Assembly (NCBI RefSeq): GCF_001194135.2 | Contig: NC_068985.1 | Coordinates: forward strand, 3,156,361 to 3,219,652 | DNA length: 63,292 nt | Direction of reading: 5' to 3' | Source of the DNA: Octopus bimaculoides | Lineage: Eukaryota | In this document: piece by piece, positions 37,127-51,471 of the stretch | Position numbering within the stretch: position 1 is the stretch's first letter | Layout of the letters: the number at the start of each line of letters is the position of its first letter | Position numbers and translations under genes: made by a program | The notes under the pieces: generated by a model | The model's database searches: none | Told to the model about the DNA's origin: nothing | Seen by the model: the letters and a program-made list of their open reading frames with translations, nothing else

Positions 37127-38724
37127 TTATTGTTAGCTTCATTTTAATGTCTACTCATCAGTGTTTGGATGAATCAGACAAGAGTATGTTACTGCAGAGT
37201 TCTTTACAGCTAAATACCATTTCTGATGCCAACCCCCAACCTCCACCTTCAATTTCATATTATATTACAAGCAGATCCACCAGTGAGCACAACCAGTCAC
37301 ATTATGCTGACTGAAATATAAGAGTGATCTATCCCAAGTCAGTCCATCACATCTCCCACTTTTATCGTCTGATGCTGAAGAGGAGATAACTACTCCAAAA
37401 TACCAGCATCCATTAGTCTAACTAGGGAGTGCTTTAAAATGACTTAGTGTATGTACACCTATGTGTCTACAGGAAAAAATATACACATATTTCCTCCATG
37501 ACAAAGAATGGCTTTTTTATGCATTTGAATATGCTTCAAGCATATTTGAACTAGTAACAAGTTTATAGTTGTCTGATATGTACCACATTTTTAATATATC
37601 ACCTATATGTACACAAATCCCTTTTTTTAGTAACTACTTATCTCCTGTCAAATTCACTTACATGTAGGGTGTATGTGTGTGTGTGTGTGGACATGCATGG
37701 CTGTATATGCACATATGAATGTCACCTTTAATGAACAGCTTGAGTAATTCATAAGTTCAACAAGTAATGAAATGTACTTAATCACTGCTTTTAAAGCCCT
37801 ATGGATGTGATTATTTTTAAGTATTTGAATTCATTGTGTAATATAACACATCAACAATGCTCAATATATTCAGATTTGCACATACACTGTTTTATGTAGA
37901 CACCCCTGCATGTGTAATTTTTTTTAAATAGATATACACACAGTTAGTACAATTACCATCTTTATACTGCTAATCTAATATCTTTTTTTTTTTTTTTGAT
38001 CAGTGGAACACACAAAAGTGAAGAATAAAATTCATATGGAAGCTTTCATCTTGTCAACAAAAAGTATGTCTCTGAAGAAGAAAGAAGACAATCAAACATT
38101 TCAATCATAAGTTTGTTTATCATGGTATCAAATTTGAAAGTAAACACAATATATCTTATAATCTGATAAATAGAAAATGTTTACTTTTATTTTTCTACAT
38201 ATCATTTAATACCAGAGGATATTGCAAACTAGAGCTCAACATCCCAAGATATTTACAACTGTGGTAGCATTTCTTTAAATAAATTGTTGTTTTTAAAACC
38301 TGTTGTGCTGAGTTCATTCTACTATGTTCTACACCAGCAGCTCCCAGGGCTTCATGCCACCTTCAAGCATCCTTCCAGTAACCTTTGACAGTCTTCCCTC
38401 TAGAAATAAAAAGTTTTCTCTAATTGACTTGTGCTTTACATTTTTTGGTGTGGCCCTTAAAAAAATCCAGGTTTAGGCTCTGGCTTGGATATTAAAATAG
38501 TTGAGACCCACTGTTCTAAGTTTACTCTCTTAAAATAAAATTAAGAAAATGATCATCCTACACATCATTTCAACCCAATTGGTTCATTTCGTCTCTGTTC
38601 TTTTAGAAAGCAGAAAGCAGTACATACAACCTTTCATTTCCAAGACAAGACTGATAACTTTCATCAGTATTCTCAGTCCCACATATCAACGTCAAGATAG
38701 TCAACACAGCCTATGGACTATGTC

Positions 38725-39030
38725 TTGTCATCATCATCAAGGTCCAATTTCCATGTTGACAGGAGTTGGACAGTTTGACAAGAGCTGGTAAGCCACAGAG
38801 CTGCACCAGGCTTCAACTCTCTGTTTTGCCCTTCCTAATACCAACCACTTTACAGAGTGTACTGGAAGCTTTTTATGTTGCACCAGTGCTTTATACATGG
38901 CACCAGCACCAGTGCTTTTTTGTGGCACTAACATGGGTGCTTTTTACATGACATTGACATCGGTGCTGTACATGTGGCACTGGCACAGGTGTTTTATACA
39001 TGCCACTAACACAGGTGCTTTTTCTGTGGC
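38725..39030 (-). mobile_element. SINE family C with expanded internal repeat
   Basis: Family body plus about five GTGCTTTTT...GTGGCACC-type units. Confidence 0.75.
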
Positions 39031-40515
39031 TGTCTTATTTATTGTGAAAATGTTTTCTTTGGTTTTTGTGGTGGTTTCTTTATATTTTTTATGGAAAAAA
39101 CTCAAGTCAAATTTATAAGGAGGAAATAAATAAAAAGTGGAGAGTATGGATGATCAAATCATTTATGACAAACCAAACATTTTATCATAATCAGTATGTT
39201 GAGGCCAAGACACTTCATTCTGAAAGACGGATACACCTAGCTTTAAGTGGATGTTGTATGTGGTGTAACAGAAGACTTCAGAAACTTGAAGTATTCAACA
39301 ACTTCATGGGGCTTTATGATTTAGAAAAATTGTTAGAAATGAGAGATTGCAATGCTGATATTGTTTCCAAGGGTAAAAATCTAAGTGTAATAGTATCAAT
39401 TAAAAATAAAAATCAGAAGATAATCTCAATTTTCTGAAGACATAACAAACTACAGAAAACCAATTTAGTAAAATATTTTTAAATGAACTGAAACAATTAA
39501 TATTGTTCAGTATACTTAGCACTTCAATTTAAAATATAGTTTCATTTAATTAATTCTTTTTTTTCTTTAAATTAATTTTTCAATAATCTTTAAGAACTTG
39601 TGTTTAAGGTCACATATAAATGAGAATAGCACAATGAATATTTCAGTTTCATGAAATCCTCACAGACAGTAAAAAAAATTTTGTTTAATTCTGTAAATAT
39701 TTCATCTAAATCTATGTTTTGGGTATTGTGAATAATGTATAACCTTTTCACTCAATATATGTTGCTATCTATATCCAGCTGCAATCAGGGTAAGACATTT
39801 GTCTAGTTCTTTTTCAATGACAAAGTAGATTTCAGTTAGTTACACAAGATACTACAAAATTCTATGACTGCCTTAGACTACTGCTCGAAACAAATCTTGA
39901 GTTATCTATGGTAAATTTCTGAATCTATCCTTAGGAACCCTGGTGAAAGTAAAAACATACCATACACAGACTTGTACTAGCAAATTGAAACACGAAGGTC
40001 AACAGCAGCAGCACTTTACAGTTAATCATTTGGTCAAAAACAGCAGCTAAATTACCCTCAAATCACACTCTCGATCATCTTAAAAACACTATCTTTAAAA
40101 AATGTGGGGGTCATGACTGGAACATGTATGAATACAGTTCTTTTTGGTGCTAAACAACAACTCTAGCACAATTGCATGGTGTGAAGCTATTTTCTGTGTA
40201 TGACACTTTTTGCCTCAGTGTACAGTTTTTAATAAACTACAAATGATTTTTTTATACATATATATGGTGCTTTATATTTATAAAAGAAAAGTATAATGTG
40301 GCAAACATTTCATTTAACAGTGTATTTAAATGTTCAAGCATTTTCTTTACCTAAATACATGCAGATTAGTGCACTTCATGTTTTAATGATAAAAATAAAA
40401 ACCCTTCAATTTTCATCTACTGAGTTACAATATCATTATGCCTGTGTTCCATAAGTTCAACAGATTTAGGAGTCATTTACTTAATACAAAACCTCCAAAG
40501 CTTCATACCGTAAGA

Positions 40516-40747
40516 GTACATTATTTACAATGGATGGATAAGTGTCCTCACTTTGTTGTTACCATGTTTCAGCTGATGTACCTTTCAGCCTTCATCAGGT
40601 GTACTGGTGAAATTTCAAACCCAACCCTTTTGAAATTTCGAAATTCCACCAGAACACCTGATGAAGGCTCAAGAGTACATCAGGCAAAACATTGTGGTAA
40701 CAACAAACAAGGTGAGGACATCTATCTGTCCATTGTAAATAATGTAC
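40516..40747. repeat. Palindrome of about 230 bp (arms about 105 bp) with a hammerhead-like CTGATGA...AAAC core in each arm; probably Penelope-like-element derived
   Basis: The arms are reverse complements. CTGATGA lies at 40658-40664 (+) and 40592-40598 (-). Confidence 0.7.
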
Positions 40748-42074
40748 ATAATTCCTTGTCTCAAAAACATAGAATAGTATTCCTGTAATAGTACTTGTTC
40801 AATCATGAATTATATTGTGTCATATGCAGGTTGTATAGCTGTTATAACTTAGAGAATGCTGTTTGCTATTACTGAAGATGTGTAGTTGCTTGACCTGCTA
40901 TACATAGCAGGTAAATTTCCTTCCTATCACATCCTACCTTTAAAAAAAGGAAGGACACATTGGATAATGTAATCTTTAACAAACTATACATGGAAGAAGA
41001 ATAATTTTAACCATATGCTTTCTTAATTTTAGTCATTGCTTTCTGATCTAGAATAAAATAGCAACAGCTCATCTTAGGTTAAAGGAAGAGGCAAGAAATA
41101 AAAGTGTGGTAAGCAAAATTATATTAATTTACTAATTATCTTACAATGCTTGACACACTAATACTGCACGAAAAAGAACTATGGCATAAGAACTAAATAC
41201 AAATTATAAGTATGCAAAAGAACAAAGTTATATCCTTATTCTCAATAGTAAAGTTAGTGGATAGTTCCATCAAAATTCTTTACTTTTAACTCATACCATT
41301 TAAGAAAGTATGCAATTTGTCTATTCAGAAGAGCAACTTACTGTATCAATATTTCTTTCACCTAAGACAGTTCAATATTTCAAAGTGCCTCCAATATTAA
41401 TGTATTTGTTGCATACATACATGCATACATATGTATATGAGAGCTGCACACATTCATGTGTACAAATACAAGCATGAATGTTTCATACATGCATGCACGC
41501 ATGTGCGTGTATGCTCACATTTTCTTTTGGATCATTTAGTGTCTGTCAGTAGATTTCTTTTTTTTTCTTCTCTCCAATATTTTATTAACTGACTCCATCA
41601 AGAGATTAAAGTAGCTTCGTTTCCCCCACCTCCACCCCCTCCCAATCCATTGTAGAGATTAAGAATGAAAATTATTTCTCATTTCTTCAAGAAATACTTT
41701 CTGAAGACAGTTTGTTAAATACCAAATTCATCATCTTCATTAGTTTAATATGCAACATTCATTTTAGTTTTTATTCTATGCTAGTACAATCTACTCAGCA
41801 CATTTTAACTCATATTACTAAATTGGCAGAGCTTAACTTATTAATCAATGAAAGTATAAGACTACTTAAGAATTTAGAAAAGGCATTGACAAAAACACTG
41901 AAAAGAAAGAAATTTACTACTCTAAGATATTGAGAACTCATATTTTCTGTGTAAATCATAGTTTAAATCTGAACAAAGTAAATGTTAAGCAATTCTAGGT
42001 CAAAATTTCTATTACAAAATTTACAGAGAAAAACAACTACAAAGCATGGAATATTCCAGAATAAAACTATTCCA

Positions 42075-42277
42075 CAGTTGTGTCTGGAAAGAGTCATTCT
42101 CACCGGTAAAATTTCCACTCATTTACTTATTTACGTTGCTAAAATTTTTGTTGTGTTTTGCAACCTTTTCAATAGTTGTTAAAAGACGCAACAAAAATTT
42201 TGGAAAAATAAATAAGTAAATGAGTAGAAATTATAAGGCACTAAAAGAGAATGACTTTCCCCAGACACAACAGAATA
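42075..42277. mobile_element. Compact foldback MITE, same family as 26859-27698, no microsatellite core
   Basis: GTTGTGTCTGGAAAGAGTCATTCTC ... GAGAATGACTTTCCCCAGACACAAC. Confidence 0.75.
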
Positions 42278-44339
42278 TGCTTTAACACATGAACTCACAT
42301 AAAGAATTTTGCAAACCAAATCCAAAAACAAAACTATTCTACAGGTTTTTCAGTTAAATCATAAAGTTAAACCAGTTGGTTTGAAGTTTTCCACATTAAG
42401 TGTTAAAATATTCTTAGATAAGTCACGGCCAGATTTTAAAATTCTATGGTGGACACTTTGTTGCTTGTACATTAAAATGTTTAAGTGTTTATAATTGTAG
42501 TTTTGCCACAGCCATCTTGGAATCAAATATTCAACCAAATAAATTAATTTTTAAAAAAACCTAAATCCAAAAACAACTCTCCACACAACTAATCCTGTTT
42601 TCAACAATTCTTTCTCGCCCTGAGACTAGCAAATTACAGATTTGGAGCTAAAAGAAAAATTCAGTGAACCATTCTATCTGAGGGGGAGGGCAGTTGTTTA
42701 GTGCCAAGTCAGCTCTGATTTAAATAAGCTTATGATTCAAAACATTCCAGTTAAGACTATCCCTGCTTTATGTTTATCTATGACTTCATTATCCAGTGTC
42801 CTTTTTTAGGATATCACTTTAGTGGGTGTGGCTACTTTTTCTAGTAGGGCAAGTAACTGTCTAGCGGCTCTTACACACTTGAAAGACTATTCTATCAAAA
42901 GAGACCGTTTCAACAGCAGCAGCTTCTAGATATTTTATTTTCAAAGAGCCGAATACAGACTGTTTTTGCTGTTCAGTGCGTATTTCAACTGTGGTCTGAC
43001 TGGGTGAATATGATCAGTTTTATCCAACATGAAATGATCAGCAATTTATCTAACTCGAAATTATCATTAAGTATAAACAGAAAATTAAGAGGAAAAGAAA
43101 AACAATACTTTCCATTTCCATTCAACAACGTGATCATAACTAGCATAGTTTAAACATTCTAAACACTTAGAAATTGGTGAGGCCAATCTAATTTAGGATG
43201 ATGCCTCCAAAGACAAAATAATTTGATATACAGTTGATATTTAATAACTCAGAGATGTCATCCAGATGAAAAATAATAGTTAAGTTAGTGTTAGTTTATT
43301 TAATGAAGAGAACATTAGCAAATTAACTGGCAGTAATATTTCTCACCAGGTAAAGAAATCAAAATATGAGCACTTTGTCGATGAGCACCTTGATAAGGGC
43401 TGGCATGTGGCCTCATTGAAGTCAGCTGCTACAGCTTTCTATCTAGACTAGTGTGCTTTTTCCTGCAGAAGATAGGAACCCAGACAGCTGGAGAAAGCTG
43501 TCAAGGAAATAGGCACAGCAGCTGAAACTAGCTCAGGATAGCTATGGTTGATAAGAGACTGCAAATGGAACTCTTCCATAGGTGAAGACTAGCTCAGTCC
43601 TCAATGCCCCACTCATGTGGAGCATACAGGTTAAGGGGCAAAACACTGAAATACCTGCTGATGATATGCAAAGGATTTAGAAGAGCTAACAAAACCTCTG
43701 AGGAGCTCCTCCTGCACTTTCTGCATGGAGCAAAAAATCTCTGATGCTTATTTCACCATGTGTAATGACAGGAAAACATTTTTTATCAAGTTGTACAGGA
43801 AACAATAATGAACATACTTCAGTCTTATTTTGACAATATCAAAAATGAAAATAATATCAGTCATTGACTAATATTTTTTTTTTTTTTTCACCACTCAGTT
43901 ATTTCTAGTTAACTTTTTAATGTTCCCTGTACTGAACACTAACTTAACTGTTTTTCATTAGGATGGCATCTCAACATAGGTTATTCATTTGTGACTTCAG
44001 ACGTAGAGCCAGAAGGACTCAGAGACACAAGCCAGTCTAGAAAAGGAAACTATGGAATCTTAAGAATTCATCAAACAATCAAAGGTTTAGAGAAGTTCTA
44101 ATTAAAGCATTTAATTAGGAAGAAACAAAAACATACAAACATAGAGGTCTACTGGAAGTTCTTACAAAACAATCTACTGAGGGCTACAGACCAAGTCTGT
44201 GGCTGTTGCAAAGTTCTAGCCAGACCCAGGGTGATATGGTGGTAGAACAGTGAAGTAGACAATAGCAGTAAAAGCAAAGAGTCAAGCTTGGAGGGATTGG
44301 AAGAATGGGTGTAGCAGAGAACTGTATTAGGTAGCTAAA

Positions 44340-44720
44340 AGAGTAATTAGTAACCCTCTATAATGCTCAAGTGAGGTTGACAATGGAGTACTGCTCCTAT
44401 ACTTTAGGTGGTATTGCTACTGCACACACACACAGATCTTATATCATATCAAAGTAATGTCACTCAATTGACTGATAAGAAGATGCTCACCAACACAAGT
44501 CAACCTCTGGCCCACACACATATGGTATCCTCTGTCTTTCCCCCAGGTACTACAGTGACCTCTGCTTCTCAAAGTTGGCTGATCTCATGCTACCTCTCCT
44601 GTGACAATTGCAATGACTTGGATCTCCTCCTTTCATCACCTACACTGTGTCCTTCTGTGTCTCCTCCTTTCATCACCTACACTCCCATGCCCTACCATTA
44701 TAAAATTCCCCTTCAAGATC
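44340..44720 (+). pseudogene. Decayed CR1/L2-clade LINE RT C-terminal fragment
   Basis: LYNAQVRLTMEYCSYTLGG resembles the LYKAxVRPxMEYC motif. Confidence 0.65.
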
Positions 44721-45519
44721 ACTAACCTTCAGAAACTGTCTCTCTCAAATGCTTTTCCTGCAGTTATTAACTTACAACTGTTCAAGATGAGAAGGTTAAC
44801 CACATCAACCTCACTGGTTTTGAACAACCTACAAAGGGCCTGAGCACAGCCCTTTCATCCAGATCAATCATTGAAAAAGAAAAACAAGGCCATGGATTCA
44901 AACATTATTAGTTGCAAGATGTTAATACCACTGAATTGCTAATTAAAGGAACCAGTTGTAAAATATATTTTCAGTTGATATGGAAATATTCATATTTGTT
45001 AAATCCTCTAGAGCATGCTTATAAAACTATTTTTAAAATACAGATATTAAATGCTGCTATGAGCTAATATAATGATCTTACTTATTTCTTTTTCTAGAAT
45101 TATCTATATAATCTATAGGCAAGTCAATCTGATTGTTATTGTTGATGTTACATTTATTTAGAGCTAGTTTCAAAATTTACAAGTCAAAATCTAAAAATGA
45201 GTTTACAACTTCAGACAATCTTTTTCTAGGATTGTAACAATAACACCTTAATTGTGTAGAATTAAAACCATATTCTCATAAACACGGAGAAAATTCATAG
45301 GCCATGCTATATAAAAAGGAAAATAAAACAAGCTTGTTGAGAGTTGAACTTGGAGAATTTAGATTAAAATTAACATTGATTTCTGCTTTTATTTATTACA
45401 GCCATCTTTTTTTTTAATACCTTAAAATATCTTAGAATAGTGTTTCTTGATAAGATTTTAAAACCTTGCCTAAATCTGTTTCACTTTTCATTGCAATGTC
45501 ATTTTACTTCCCAGTTGAA

Positions 45520-45755
45520 GGTTTTCTTGTCTTGCAAGGTACTTGGTGACCTTGTCGGTGTGGTGCCATGTGAAAAGCACTGGTGCTGGTGCCACATAAA
45601 AAGCACCCAGTACACTCTGTAAAGTGGTTGGTATTAGGAAGGGCATCCAGCTGTAGAAACCAAGCCAAAACAGACAATTTAACCTGGTGTGAATCCTGGC
45701 CTTGCCAGCTCCTGTCAAACCAGCCAACCCATGCCAGCATGGAAAACAGATATTA

Positions 45756-45800
<45 letters not shown>

Positions 45801-45808
45801 AATGATGA
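45520..45808 (+). mobile_element. SINE family C with long (GAT)n tail
   Basis: Family body; (GAT)n at about 45757-45808. Confidence 0.85.
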
Positions 45809-46294
45809 TTCTCCATGCTGGAATGGATTGCAGTCTAAGTCAGTTCATATTTGGAGTTACTCTATGATATATTTTTCACATGGTTTGCAGGGTTGGATGC
45901 CCTTCCTATCAACAACTACATTACAAAATGTGTGGGATGCATTTTATTGTCACCAGTATAAGAACTGTTGTCTGTTAATGGGCATAGCTAGAGAGTCCTC
46001 TCAACTAAATATTGTCTTTTCATTTGTTCATCAGTTTTATTTTGTATCACTTCCTGCAAGACTAAAGGGAGCTGCTTCTCTACACTACTTAATGGGAAGG
46101 GAGCTAGAATAAGAGAACGATAGAGCAAGTTACAGAAAACGAGAGTGATAGGTATACGAATGTGTGAAAGATGTGATTGTTATTAGAGAGAGGATTGAAT
46201 AGAAAAGCAGTGTGATAGGAGAGAAAGGACGATGGAAGAGAGAAAGGGTGATAGGAAAGTGATGCATGTTAGATGGGTGATAGATGCAAGAATA

Positions 46295-46341
<47 letters not shown>

Positions 46342-46879
46342 GACAGATAGCAATAAGACCAGGTGAGAGTAAAAGAGAGAGAGTGAGGGATAGCAATAAA
46401 AGATGGGAGATGGTAAATGAGCAAGTAATGGATGTTAATAACAACAGAGAGACATTGGGAATAATGGGAAAGAAAGTTAATGTAATGGCTACCAGGAATG
46501 AAGTGACAATGTCAATGAAATAATCGTTAGTAATATACAAAGGTTCAGTCAATCAACTGTTGCTCTATCTAAACTCCAAAATAAAATGGCATTGTATTTA
46601 GTGAAAATTTATTCTCACCATTCCCAATGTTCCTTAAGAACATGTCCTGACACATCTTTTCCACCACTTCTCTGTTGCTCTCTTTATCTCGCTTTCTGTC
46701 TCACCCCACTTTCTTTTTCAACTGGAGTATCCATGTAGCTGCTCTACCACAAGACACCCATTCCTGTCCCCCTATACTTCTAATCTCTCATCAACTGGTA
46801 CAAGGTCATCACCCTCTCTCTACTACTCCCTCCTCCCAGTTGAGAGGATCTTTGTCTTGCAAGTTACTCAGTGACCCTG

Positions 46880-47115
46880 AGTTCTAATGCCATGTAAAAA
46901 GAATCAGTGATGGTGCCACGTATGGTGCACTGGTTCTGGTTTCATGTAAAAAGCACCCACTACACTGTAAAATGGTTGGCATTAAGGAAGGGCATCCAGC
47001 TGTAGAAACCATGCCAAAACAGACAACGGAGCCTGGTGCGGCTCCTGGCCTTACCAGCCCCAGTCAAACCATCCAAGCCATGTCAGCATGGAAAATGGAT
47101 GTTAAATGATGAAGA
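46880..47115 (+). mobile_element. SINE family C
   Basis: Family body and tail. Confidence 0.8.
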
Positions 47116-47623
47116 CGATTTACAATTTAACAAAATGGAGGTCATCAATCAACCCTCTTTCATTTTGCAGTTTTAAGTAACAATGGTAAAAATAAAACCC
47201 AAACAGGTAAGACAACCAACTCTACAATACTGTTACTTAAATGCATTCATTCACAGAGAGAACAGAAAGCTCAATATAATCTGAAAGTAGAAACACTAGA
47301 AAGCAGTATTAAAATCCCAAATCCCAACACTATTATCTCTCAGCCAACTCAGCTTTCCATCATATATTTGGTGTATAGCCTGTAAGCTGTTACTGAAGAA
47401 TCCTAATTGGATATCCAAAACATATTGAAACTAGTTTATTAAAAGAGTTGATTATGTAGAAATATATATATTTCACAGTGAAAATTATCCTATGGTTTAG
47501 ATAAGTGCAGCAGAGTTAACAATTGAAGTTACTGTTTATCAAATACTGCTGATTGCATGTCATAAGCAAACTGTTGTATTCTCTTCTACAGTGACTGTAA
47601 AAAACAGTTATTCACACATACTC

Positions 47624-47657
<34 letters not shown>

Positions 47658-50557
47658 GTGCAGGCTCCTGCCTGGCCAGCTCCTGTCAAACTGTCCAACC
47701 CATACCAGCATGGAAGGTGGATGTTAAACGATGATGATGATGCCTCTTTGTCTAATGGCCATTTTTCTAAACTAGTAGAGGGACAGATCTACTGAACAGC
47801 ATAATTTTTCCACATGTCTTATGTGGCTATTGTCTTTTTCTGGTTCAATTCAGGTTACAAATACTTGTATTGTTTGAAATTTAAGTATTATATGCTCTTC
47901 GTGACACTAAACCAAAACATGGATTTTGAAGTTTTTTTGTTTTTTTTTTCAATTTAAACTTTGTTTTATGGAGCAATTTCCTTTCGTGTAATTTTATAAA
48001 TTCTTTAGTGGTGTTAAATTAAGATGATCTAAGAGAAATGTAATCAGCAGAACCATTCATCATCATCATCATTTAACACTTGTTAATCCAACCCATCTGA
48101 TATGGGTTGGACTAAACGAACTGCATTCTCAGAACTTTTTACTAGCAAGTGTTTATATTAACTTGTATGATTAGCTCTGCACCAAGCTTTCCCCCCACTT
48201 TCATCTACATCTATGTTTTAGCGTCTCTTCTGTGAACTCTCATTCTATAAAACCTGATTAAACTCACTTATTAAACATGGCTATCGTCTACAGTTATCTC
48301 ATTGCAAGGAAAAGAATGTACAAATGTAAACAAATAACGATCAAATATTTCCGGTTGCTAAACATTCTTTTCTTGTTCACAATTTTCTTCTTAGTTTTGT
48401 AGCCAAACTTCATAAGATGACAGTATCTTGTAAAGAAGGTATTGTTGCTGACAAAATAAACATTGTGTCTAAAACAATTAAAATGAGAAAAATCAAAGCA
48501 TAATATTGAGATGTTAGCAAAAATTAGGCCACTGTGCAAGCAACAAGTAAAGAATCAATGCAATGGTCATGGGTTTAAAATTCACAGTTAGAAAACCTTT
48601 TCTTTAAGTAACATAATCTTTGATTTCTAATTGATGCTGGTCAGATGTTAGGATCAAGCTATCACATGTCATTATTGTTACTGATGTTTCTTAGATACTC
48701 TTTTAAATCAAATAAGAAACAGAAATCCATGTTTGCTAAAAGCCTGCAAGAGCTTAAGGAACAGTAAGACAGAGTTGAGTCAAAATGAATGTAACATCAA
48801 ACAACTAAACATCAACTTGGCTTTGCACATATAAAAGCTGTGGCTCTTAGTTTTTGTTAAATATAATTTGATTTTATTGTAAGGACATAAAGCGTCCCTG
48901 GAAAAAGATTACACAGTGAAAAGAAATGTATGCAGCATGCAAATGGGCCATGTGAAATTATTTATATAAATAAAGATTTAATCTATATATTGACATAAAG
49001 ATTAAAGCTATGTTTAATGTGATGCAGTTCTCTTTAAAAGCTTCCCTTTAAAGATTCTCTTCCAACACATTCTAAATTTACAATTCTAACTGACCATACA
49101 TACAAAACTTCCCAGTCATAAGATATTGATCTTATAACCAATCTTTAAGGTGATCCTACAGTCCTCCAAATACAGTAACTCATGCAAACTTAAAATCAGC
49201 TTATTATTTATTCAAAAATATTAAAAAAAAAAGAATATTAAATGGGGTATGCAGTAGATAAAGAAAGAAGCTTTAGTGTTTTACAGATATCAAAGGTCCA
49301 TTAATCTAAAATGCTTTGGAGTAATGCAACTCTCGAACAAACTTTAAATAAATCTATATTTCAGAAAGAGAGAGCTTCATTGATTAAATCTCTACAAACC
49401 TAACTGAAGTGGAGTATATTCTAGGGTACTACCTATGAGTTATTCTGAAACATTCAATCTTTTACCTTCATAACATAGGTCTGCTTGAACAGAGCTACTC
49501 AACAACAACATTAGAAAAGAAAAATTGTAATAAACTATACAAAATGAAGTATATAAAGAACGAAGAGCCATAAGTATTAGAGAGATGACTGTCATTGTTT
49601 GAAATGCTATAGGTTGCTTCCTATTGGAAACAGAGCAAATGAATGTAGAGATTAACCAAGAAAGACTTGAGATGAAGTAGATAGTTCAGATTATCAGGTA
49701 GCTAGAGCAAATTTAGAAAGGACTGCTCCTAGCAAATGGAGAAAGAAAACAAAGACTTAAAACACAGTAGATGGGAAAGTGTATGTATATAGGTATATAT
49801 GCATGTGTATGTAAGTATATATATATATAAAGTTCAAATCTAACAGATAAAACGGCAGGATAGATATGAGAGGAAATGCACCGGTGTGCTGATATGCTCA
49901 ATATATGTTATCAAAAAACAAAAGAGTAAAAAAAAAAGAAAATGACATTAAATCAATATTGATAATGAAGACAAAGTACCTCCCAAGGATTAACACAAAG
50001 TGCAATCAAAGTAAGGATACATAATTCAGGAAAGTGGAACTACACCTTTCAACTTTTGCAATGAGATCAATGTAGCAGACCACCAACCACAGAGTGAGAA
50101 GATCAAACCTTACAACAATAGCCATCATGTTGTGTCCCTGAACAAAGCAGCTAATGTTGCTTATATCAGTCTGTTTCACTGACAAACAGGTTCTGCTGTT
50201 ATAACACTACAGAGTGGTAGAATGGATAGTGGTAGGAACAGACTCGAGCACTAAAAATAATTGTTCCAAACAACATGCAATTGTACGAACTCTTAAAAAT
50301 AGTGTAAAACATTTAGAAAAAAAAGTTAAGGTAAAAGGCCTTATAAAAGTAGTCACATACTTTAGAATTTAGAAAGAATATCAATGAATAATATATATGT
50401 AGAAAAAATGTTTCATGGGTTAAGATAAAAATTAAATTTCAGAACATTGGGCATACACAGATAAAATATTGTGGACAAAGGAAAAAGCTGGATTTCACAT
50501 CTTTTCAACTAATGCTAACTTGGGAAAATGATGTGTGCACAAGTGTAAAGGAGACAG

Positions 50558-50559
<2 letters not shown>

Positions 50560-50596
<37 letters not shown>

Positions 50597-50878
50597 CACA
50601 TAGTGCATATTCTCTATCTCCTCTTACTGTTTCCCACAAATACATTCTGAAGAGAACAAAAGATACATATACAAGAGTGTGTGTGAGCGTGTATGTATAC
50701 CAGCAATGTGTGTGTTATCTCAGACTCAATTTCACACACACACACTTTGTCCAATACATACAGCCACACAAAGAAACACAAGTTGATGCAGTGTGTGTGT
50801 GTGTGTATGTGTGTGCATACATATACATATAGCATGGAAGGTGGATGTTAAACGATGATGATGCGTGTGTATACATAC

Positions 50879-50955
<77 letters not shown>

Positions 50956-51269
50956 TATATATACATACATCAGAAAGCGCCAGACAGAGATGTATCTGAA
51001 ATAGAGGGCGTAAAGCTGTAAAAACATAGGACTCATGAAAAATAGATAAATATCACTGGTAAAGCTGTAATGAGAACGCTGGACACCAAAATATAAAATT
51101 GTTAGAAGCAGAGACAAATCAATAACCCTCCAGAACAAAAAAAAAGATAAGTGTAACATTAATGAGTATATTCACATACACATATGTACACATATACATT
51201 CATGACACACGACTATGCTCATTGGGTTTGTGTGTATCAAGTGTATAATACATCATCTGTATATTTATT

Positions 51270-51313
<44 letters not shown>

Positions 51314-51420
51314 TAATAAATGAAAACAAAATGTTAAAAATGGTTGCACAATTGTTTTTTTACATTTTTGTTTTAGTATTTACTTTTTTATTTTACCTCT
51401 AAAATAAGTGTGATATAAAG

Positions 51421-51471
<51 letters not shown>

